DNA from: Eledone cirrhosa
Taxonomy: Eukaryota
Length of the DNA stretch: 64,000 bases
Direction of reading: 5' to 3'
Assembly (NCBI GenBank): GCA_964016885.1
Contig: OZ024742.1
Location: forward strand, 308,202,001-308,266,000
Each line of letters opens with the position of its first letter. Position 1 is the first letter of the stretch. Of this stretch, positions 54,948 to 64,000 are shown piece by piece. Made by a program: the position numbers and the translations under genes. The notes below the pieces were generated by a model. That model did no database searches. It worked only from the letters and a program-made list of their open reading frames with translations, and had not been told where the DNA came from.

Positions 54948-55480
54948 TATATATAAAGTGAAGTTGGGCTTTTTTTGTTTGATTGGTGTCCCGAAGTTGC
55001 AAGCTACACCGTTCATCCGATTTTGACACATATATAAAACTCGACTCGTAGATTGGAATAGGCTACTTGAAATTTTGGAAAAATCGATAATCGGGCCCCC
55101 AGAAGCCAAAAATCGATATTTTCAAAAATCGTTCGATTTCGATGAAACTCGACGCAAGTGTGTATTTTCATCCGGGGATTGATCGCGGGCTACATTACAT
55201 TTTCAAAATATCGATAATTGGATCACCAGAGGCAAAAATCGATATTTACGAAATTTGTCCGATTCCAATGAAATTTGACGGAGGTATGTATTCTAATGCG
55301 GGGATCAATGTGGGGTACTTGAAATTTTCAGAAAATCGATAATCGGACCCCCAAAAGTAAAAATCCGGCAACCGAAAAACGCCATTCTGCTTGCTTCCAT
55401 TTGTCGCAAAAAACGTTCAATCTATCAGGATTATCCACCGTAAGTCCCTTTAAATTAACGCTCACCATATTCAGCAAAGT
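54945..55480 (+). mobile_element. Non-autonomous Helitron-like element with an internal tandem repeat of about 127 bp
   Basis: 5' tcttatatataaagtgaagttg; three recurrences of atcgataat(c/t)gg near 55081, 55210 and 55333; canonical 3' CTAG not clearly preserved. Confidence 0.5.
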
Positions 55481-55837
55481 ATATATATGTGTGTGTATGT
55501 ATTATATATATATATATATACACAAATACATACGTAATATATATTTGTGTCTGTATGATGTCTACGTCTATAAACACATCATCATAGACATTCTTAATCT
55601 AATATACAGAGACAAGTTCTTTTGAAAAGTGTTATTTCAGAACTTCATTTATAATTACTTTTATTCGGACGAAATATGTGTTCTTGGAGAATGGATTAAT
55701 GCCACTATACTCATATTTTGATTTATCTGTATATGCTTAGACATATAATTATTTAGTTACATAAAGGTAATGTGTCTCATCAAAATACATTCACTCAGAC
55801 ATATAGATATATAGATATAGATGTAGATATATATATT

Positions 55838-55872
<35 letters not shown>

Positions 55873-56087
55873 GAGAGAGAGGAGGTGAAGAGAAAGGGAG
55901 AGAGAGAGGTGAAGAGATAGGGAGAGAGAGAGGAGGTGAAGAGATAGGAAGAGAGAGAGAGAGAAGAGAGACAGAATAAATATATGTTACTACTTTGCTA
56001 CTTGAAAAATACATATCTCTCGTCTCTCTATCAAAATTGAGTGTTCATTCAATTAATATTCGAATTTTTTGAAAACCACTGTAATTT

Positions 56088-56168
<81 letters not shown>

Positions 56169-56895
56169 GAGATAGAAACAAGGTTAGATGGTTAAGGGAC
56201 AGGAGAATGAGGGAGACAGACGAAAGCATGACGAGATAAAATCTGTGTGTATTTATATATAAATGAAACGTAGGAAGTATTTAATATCCATTAAATGAAA
56301 TAAATATAAGATTAAAAAATCCAATATGTAACACAAAATGCAAAGAGAAACAAATACTAAACTTAAATTTTTAGATAAATACACACATAAAAAATGAATA
56401 CTTATCTCAGTAAACACTTAGCATAAGACCATTTCTCAAATCCTATTCACCACCATTTCAATAACGTATGCTGAAAGCTTTTGACAGAAACTACTAAACA
56501 TTAGAGACATCTTCGTTGCTTACATATTTTGTTTTTATTATAATAGTTGTGAAACTGAAGCAACAAATCTGAACAGGTGATCAAAATCTCGTCACATCAA
56601 GAGAACATAAATGTTATGGCTTCAGATGTTTGCTAAAATATTGAAGGCTTTTTAATATAAAATTGTTTTAATGGATATTCAGCACACATAAAATAGAAGC
56701 TAATTAGCTGTGGGAACAGAGCCTGCAAACTATGTACCGTATATAGCAGACATATCGCAATCATAGTTTCCATTGCCAATCTTCAAGTCAATTATCAGGT
56801 AAAATGATGTTCTCATTTGAATAGAGAAAGAACTTAATTCTATTTCTACTGTGCTCAGAAAGTTAATATATGGTTGTATATTACATATCACATAC

Positions 56896-57011
56896 AATTG
56901 CTGATTTCCTTCGTGTGGTGAAGGTGGCTGTTGTAGTAGGTGTTCCTGACAATTCTCGGGAGTAACGCTTTTGCCATTTTGTCCGTGGGGCGCGGCTGTG
57001 GCACCGCTCAT
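56896..57011 (-). CDS. Candidate first coding exon of an unidentified gene
   Basis: Locally GC-richer unique sequence; ATG at 57011 gives MSGATAAPHGQNGKSVTPENCQEHLLQQPPSPHEGNQQ followed by a gtatgt donor (phase 2); no family recognised. Confidence 0.3.
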
Positions 57012-57404
57012 ACTGGGGTATAGTGTCTGTCCCTCCCCTTTACCTTTATTTCGCCGCTTTATCCAGGCTTTGTCCGCGGTCAAGATTCTTAACTCTCGAC
57101 TTCGGTTTGTATCATGTGTGTTCAATATCAATGATAGAAAAAAGAAAACAATTACATTACTTGTGCAGTCACTAATATATTAAACAATTGCTAGTAATTG
57201 TGAAGGCTAGTTACAAACAGCATACACAGAATGATAAGTAGATAGAGGACGTGAATAGTCGAGCCGGTTTCACTACGTATTTGATACCAATTCACTTTAA
57301 GTAAAAGTTTTAGTACGTGTAAGACAGCTCAGGTAATAGATGAAATCTAAAAAGCCATTGACTAAACAACCTTTAGTAAATTCTAAAATATATCATGCTC
57401 GAAT

Positions 57405-57592
57405 ATAGCAATCGTCATTGTTAACGATATGTTCTGTCTCTTTACGTTTTGAGTTGAAATTCTGACGACAGCAACATTTCCGTTCATCCTTCTGGGGTCG
57501 ATAAAATAAAATACCAGTCAAGTACTGGTTCAATTTAATTTTTTTTCCCCATCTTCCAAATTGCTGGCCTTGTGCCTAAATTAAAATAATCA
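57405..57592 (+). mobile_element. Older SINE related to family A
   Basis: gagttgaaattc, ttcatccttctggggtcgataaaataaataccag, tail ttgctggccttgtgcctaaa. Confidence 0.75.
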
Positions 57593-57659
57593 TATAAAAG
57601 GTGAGTGAGGGCATATTTTTTTAATAGTATTTGTATTGTTTTGTTATTTTCTTCTTTCC

Positions 57660-58300
57660 GGAGCTCTAGCATGGCTTCCACAAGTCCTCGGAGACCGGCG
57701 AGATGAAATAGGCCAAGGCTTCTCTCGAACAGCTGAACGCAGAAATGACAAGTAGCATACAGAGACGTTTAGAGTGAGGCTATCATCGACTTAGTGTTTA
57801 GGAGAAAGATTTAGAGTGAACAATATATGCATGGCGGGAAACGGAGAGGCGAATGCATGTGGGGTGTTGTCGAAGTATTGAGGAACAACTGCTAAATTAG
57901 GCGAATAGAAAAAGTAGATATAACCTCAGTGTGTCAGATTTGGGAGCGAGCTTCTTGATGCAAATCAATTGAGTAGATTAGATGCAGAGTTGATTAGATG
58001 CAGATGCTGGTGTGTTTAGCAGCAACACTATCAAGATGTGGGCCAATCTTTGCTATGTTAATGTACGTTTTCTAGGAAACAACCTCAGTAACGCAGAAAT
58101 CAAGAGTGTTTAACAGTCTCATTGGATTCTGGGCTGTTCATATCTAGTGTTAGAACATTGAAATTCGTATACTGGTCATATGTATGTATGCCCCGTTACT
58201 CCAGGTAGAGATGTCAGAAAATAATCGATTCCTTCCAGCAAATAAGAAATAGAGGTGGGTGAGAGACAACTGGGAGTGAGATATAGAGGAAGAATTAATC
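57660..58300 (-). mobile_element. Possible very degraded CR1-type LINE 3' fragment
   Basis: Weak similarity in layout to 53640-54165 (e.g. tctactttttctattcgccta); many indels. Confidence 0.3.
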
Positions 58301-58309
58301 CTAGTATTG

Positions 58310-58450
58310 AATTGTTACTCTCTGATCGATCTCGAAAGAATAAAAATCAAAGTTTTCTTCGGGGGAATTTGAACACAGAGAATGCAGGAGCAGGAACGAA
58401 TAAGGTAAATCTTTCTATCTGACGTTGTAACGAACGTGCCAATTCGCCGT
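58310..58450 (-). mobile_element. Older SINE related to families A/B
   Basis: Head acggcgaattggcac, B box gtgttcaaattcc, core attctttcgagatcgat. Confidence 0.7.
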
Positions 58451-58822
58451 ACATGCCAGGAACATATCTAATACATGCTTATGTGTTATGTGCATTGCAT
58501 TCAGAAAGAAAGGAAAAGGGGACATTGAAGAAATTTTACACAGTCCAAAATGAGTTACTACCTATACGCAGATGTTATAATAAGGAAATCTATATACAAA
58601 ACCTCACAGAGTTCATGTCTGAGAAATCCTCAACAGTAACGAAATAATACAGAAGGAAGACAAATGCTCAAGAATTCTTCAGAAATGATTGACACGAGGC
58701 CTTTGAATAGGTTATTCCATTTTCAAACTACATCGAGTAAGTTAATTATTTAACAAGAGAGCTGAGAAGAAAAGTAAAGGCCGTTAACCGCATATATACA
58801 AATAAGTATACATATATATATA

Positions 58823-58859
<37 letters not shown>

Positions 58860-59677
58860 GATATGCATTGCAGAATTGAGTAGAACTATCTTTGTTTACG
58901 CACGATAAAGATTTGGGGTGAAATAATTTCTCTAAATAGTTATTAGAATGTCAGGAAAACTATTTATAAGGTCGCGAAAGTCTCTTTAACGTATTGATTT
59001 CATTTCAAATTCAGTAATTTTATTATGTAATCAAATAATCAATAGCATGATAGTCACGCTGTTAACTATCTTAACCGTCTAAATCATTGATTCATTCTAA
59101 CACGTGGAATATATATATTTCTGTGTGCATGTGTGAGGGTATACAAGTGTGTATGTGTGTGTACTTGATTTTGTGTGTACAGAACGGGCAAGGATATTGA
59201 ACTACAGAACTGAAATAGTTTAGTGACCAAAGCCCATTCACTACAACTATACACACACCCACACTAATTATACATGTCCTAAGGCAGACCAATTTTAGTT
59301 TAAATTCTAATAAATGTTTTTAACTTCATGTTAAAATACTCCTGGAGAAGACATTCCGCAAGTGGTAAACTTTCTCGATCAAGACATATATTTATGCATA
59401 TCTCTTGTAAGCAGATTCAACCCTGAGTGATAAATTAGAATATGGTTGAGAATTAAATTTCTCATAACCTCCAAGTTCGAAATGAAATTCAGGGCGAAGC
59501 TATGACCCGAAATATTTCTCCCTTAGTATCACTATACAAAGGCGACTGATTTATGGCCTATATCAGTCGTATGTATGTATATATGTATGTATATATGTAT
59601 TCGTGTATATATGTATGTATGTATATATGTATGTATGTATGCGTGTATTTATGTATGCGTGTTTGTAGGTATGTATG

Positions 59678-60005
59678 TTCTTCTGGTTTTATAATTACAC
59701 GAAGTTTTACTAATAGAGAGAGAGTCGGTTTCTAACATAGACACAGGACTCTCTCATTGGAATTTTCACAACATCAACTAGGTAGATATGTACACATACA
59801 ATAACATCCATATCTAATTGCATGTGTAGATATGGACGTTATTGTATGTGTGGATGTGTATGTTTTGAGTTGTATGTGTGCATGTATATATGCTTTGCAT
59901 CTGTACATATGTATATGCAGTTATTAAATGCAAAATTTCTGGAAAGTTTTACATATTTTTACTGCTCCATTAATGGATTGTACTTGTAATTTCCTAACTA
60001 GTTGT
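59678..60005 (-). mobile_element. Second, 5'-truncated 3' end of the R4-like element
   Basis: Diverged copy of 60032-60325 (ORF end and 3' UTR); bounded by (TATG)n at 59570-59677 and 60005-60031. Confidence 0.88.
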
Positions 60006-60031
60006 ATGTATGTATGTTCATTTTATGTATG

Positions 60032-63000
60032 TTCTTCTGGTTTTATAATTACCAATAGAGAGAGAGTCGGTATCTAACATAGACACAAGACTCTCTCATT
60101 GGAATTTACACAACATCAACTAGGTAGATATGTATGTATGTATGCATGCATGTGTAGATATGGATGTTATTGTATGTGTGGATGTGGATGTTTGGAGTTG
60201 TATGTGTGCATGCTTTGCATCTGTACATGTGTATATGCAGTTATTAGATGTAAAATTTTTGGAATGTTTTACATATTTTTACTGTTCCATTAATGGATTG
60301 TACTTGTAATTTCCTAACTAGTTGTGTTCTTTCTGTTTCTGTGAAGCCTAGCTTCTCAAGATTTGTATTGAGGCAGTTACTAACATACCCCAGTTCCCCA
60401 ATAATCACAGGCATAAATCTGAAGGTGTAATCAGGGTGGAGTATCTGCAGATTTCTCATCAGTTCTGCATAAATATTCTCCTTTTCACTAATCTTTGATA
60501 TTATATTGGCATCTGCTGGGCAGCTAATTTCCACTACTGTGCATGCTTTCTTCTCCCTCTCCCATATCATAATACCTGGTCTGTTATACCTGCATTTTAT
60601 TGGGATTTTTACTGGAACATTCCACCAGTACTCTTTCATATTATATACATGGATGTCTTCCATATTGCTGTAGCTTTTAATGTGTTTATTATCGGCGCTA
60701 TCTTTTTTACGAACTTCATTGTACAGTGTTTTGGCCACTACATCATGCCTCATAGGTAGATAGTACCGCGATAACATCTTTGGACAGCTGCTGATGACAT
60801 GGGTAATATCCTCGATGTTAGTTCTGCAGAGTCTGCACTTATTATCACATCTAGGTGTTTTGCCTGCATCCCTATCTCTTTTGTGAATCAGGTATTTCGT
60901 GTTAATCTCCTGTTCTTGGATTGCAAAAGCGTATCCTTCAAAGTGGGAGCCAATATAGCGGTTGTTGGTCGAAGATAGACTACTTTCAGTATCTATATTA
61001 CTCTCTCTCTAGAGCTTCCTGGCAACATATCCATGCATGATTTTTTGCTGATAAGCATGCAGTTTTTCATTCATGGATTCACTGCGATACTGCTGAGCGA
61101 CATCCATGGGTGTGAGTTTTTGATTATCACACAGGGAATATCTCTCGAGGAGTTCCTTCCCAACTCTCATTATCTTACCTGTTTCATGCAGATAGACTTG
61201 CTCGATAAACGGGCTCCTACGCATCGAGGTTCGTAGATGTTGTCGGAGAGATATGATGCGACATTCAAATGTTGTCTGGACTGATGTTAGGCCTTTGCCT
61301 CCCTGCTTACGTTTCAAGTAAAGATGGTCTATGTCACTGTTGATGTGGAGGTTTCCGGTGTTGTTTAGTATTTTTCGAGTTCCAACATCAACTGCTCGGA
61401 TTTCGTCTATCGTCCAATTGAGTATTCCAAACGTTGGTGTTAGGACAGGCACAGCAAACACATTGTGAGCCACTGTTTTGTTTTGTGGAGAGAGTTCCGA
61501 TGACCAGATTTTTCTTAATTGGGTGTAGAATTTCCCTGGTTACGCGTTCTTTATTGCAGACACCATTATAGGATATGTTCTCATCTATCCCCAGGTATCT
61601 GTAGCAGTCCTCATCAGATACCGTTGAAACAGTTAGGCCATTGATGACAATGTTGCTAGATTGGGTTGTTGTTTTTCCCTGCTTTACAGACATTTATGAG
61701 CATTTATCTTGGTCAAATTCCATTCCTATATCCTTTGAGAACGTTGTAACCAGGTCAAGACTTTTCTTCATCTCATCCATGTTCTTGGTATAGAGTTTCA
61801 GATCGTCCACAAAGAAATTATGTGGTTAGGTTCGTATTTCTGTCCTCCTGTGAGCCAATGATGTATCCCTCACATTTCTTGAGCAGAAAGGACAAGGGGT
61901 TTAATGACAAGATGAATCATATCACAGAGAGACTGTCCCCCTGAAATATACCCCTGCAATATTTTATTTTATCAGTGAAAATAGAGCCCTCCTTCTCTGT
62001 TTTTAACTTTAGGATAGTAGCCCAAGAAGAAGACAACCTCTCTATGGCTCTGACAATAATATTTGGGACTTTAGCAAGTTGGAGGGCCTCTATCATCCAA
62101 GAGTGAGGAACAGAATCGAAAGCTTTCCTGTAGTCCAGCCAGACTGTAGCCATATTTCTCCTAAGTTGTCGCACCTCCGACATCGCAGTTTTGTTGATTA
62201 GGAGTTGTTCAGCACACCCCAAACACCTTTCTTTCCAGCTGCTTGTTCATCTGTGATGATGTTATTATTTTCACAGTGATCTTGGAGGAATAGGTTCAGG
62301 CAGGCTGTATACATCTTATACATCAGGTTCTGGCATGCAATGGGTCGGTAGTTTTTTGCCAAGTGGGTGTATTTGTTCTTGAGGACCAGTAATGTTTGTG
62401 CTAATGTCAACCATTCTGGTATAAGTGTATCTCCCTTAAGAACTTGTTGGTAAAAGTCAGTAAGATACCTCCGATAAAATATCAGTTTTTAGTACCAGTA
62501 GCCGACAATCATGTCTCTTCCTGGTGTTTTCTTATCTTGGAGTTTTTGTATCACAGTCTCAAGGGTACCCTCACTTATTTCGTATGTTTTTCTTGTAGTG
62601 TAGGAGCAATAGTTCTTTCGGATTTCTCTTAGCCACACTGCATCTTGGTTGAAATTCTTCTTTTCATCCCATATTTTGCTCTAAAAGGAATCTATGTCTT
62701 TCTGGGATGGGGCCTCAGTAACACTTATTATTTTGCCCTTCATATCTCTATAGACTGATGTTTGGTTTCGTCTGAATCTTTTATTTATCACCTTTCTCTC
62801 ATCTAGCTTCTTCAAGTATCGGCGTTTTTCGCTAACAGCTCTCAATTTTTGTTTGACGGTGATCAGGTTATATTGGAGAGTTCTGGTTCTACTGTTACCA
62901 AACATCGTCTCTATTTTATTTTTCACTATTTGTTGGTGAGGAGTGAGGTTTTTTTGTGGGTTTTTTTTTTAATGTAAGGAGCATTGTCACATATCCTATG

Positions 63001-63960
63001 TGTTTTCGTAGGTCAGCAATCTATTTTTATATTTTAGTTATATATGATGGTATTTTTGGTGGTGTTCTGTTCTTGTGAATATCTCTACTATCACCAAGAT
63101 AATGCTTCACTGTCGTCGTTAAGGCATATAAACAGGCGTTGATTTGCCAAAATGTTGGGGTTTTTATCCGTCGTAAATATTCATCCCCTATTTCGTCAAT
63201 AACACGTAATATTTCATTATTTGGTTTTTTATTAAACATTGTCATTTTAATACGTTCAGCAAGAGAGATATTTATACATGAATTTATTTCTCTCTGGAAG
63301 ATTTCGTTGCGGGAAAATTTCAATTGTTTATACTTTTGATTATCATTATCGATAGTGTTTTCCACAACAGTCGAGGTAGACTCGGGTGGTACACGTGGTG
63401 TCAGTTTCTTCGATTATTATTATTATCGATAGTGTTTTCCCGAACATTCGAGGTAGATTTAGATGGTACAGGTGGTGTCAACTTTCTTACAGGCATAGTT
63501 GTTTCAAGGCACTGTTCGACCTGGCTTCTAGGAAGTCTAGTAGTATGGCGACCTGTAGCACGTGTTGTTGATAACATGTTTGTTGTGGGGGACTTACAAT
63601 TAATAATATTTATCTTATTTCTACGTTCAACAAACGTCGCTTGTTGGCGTAATTGTTTCGCTGTGAAATAATTTAGTTCTGGGTGTATTTCGTCCCAGTG
63701 TAGCTTCATTCTGTTCATATAGCCAATGGAGGGATTGTTTTTTGCCATTTTATAACAATTAAATAAATCATCATTAAGTTCGCAACTCCAAGAGAAATGC
63801 GTTTTGTAGTTTCGGTTTCTTCTGTAGCTACAACTGAATAAAATTTGATTACCTTCCTTGTTAGTTGTCTTCGGTACTTCCTTAATTTTGTTGTTGATGT
63901 TGTGTTCAGCCATGCTGTTTGTAACAAATCCTTGTAAAATGAAAATTATGTATTTAGTCG
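60032..63960 (-). mobile_element. R4-clade RLE non-LTR retrotransposon, near full length, disrupted
   Basis: N-terminal WS.ELN.DL..CY..GYMNRM..HW..LRQQ, RT (NYRPIAC, WLDYRKAFDSVPH, GIFQGDSLS, FVDDLKLY, YRYLG), CRLC..E..H..SSC zinc knuckle, RHD and RLE region; many stops and frameshifts; 5' end may extend past the window. Confidence 0.92.
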
Positions 63961-64000
63961 GATATCTCTACGAATTCGAATAAAAAGTGTCTTCAGAAGA

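Noticed and set aside
63955-64000. CTGAAGA upstream of the R4-like ORF as a hammerhead
   Set aside because: No GAAA or helices can be assigned, and the window ends here.

Overview
AT-rich, microsatellite-dense eukaryotic genomic DNA made mostly of transposable elements; the SINE and microsatellite composition suggests a cephalopod (Octopus-like), which is an inference. No intact host gene could be established. Main contents: (1) a near full-length but frameshifted L1/Tx1-clade LINE (26986-32886, +) beside a 5'-truncated R4/Dong element (25521-26922, -) in one (ATT)n array; (2) a disrupted R4-clade element (60032-63960, -) with a second 3' end in a (TACA)n array; (3) three Penelope-like (GIY-YIG) fragments and several TA-embedded fold-back elements carrying type I hammerhead ribozyme motifs; (4) many tRNA-derived SINEs; (5) RTE and CR1-type LINE remnants, three MITE copies and a Helitron-like element; (6) decayed Ig-like exons on + and one candidate first coding exon on -. 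The most interesting leads are a shared 3' tail and ATT-initiated target site linking the main SINE family to the Tx1-like LINE, and the ribozyme-bearing palindromes. All calls were made by eye without database searches, and some boundaries are approximate.
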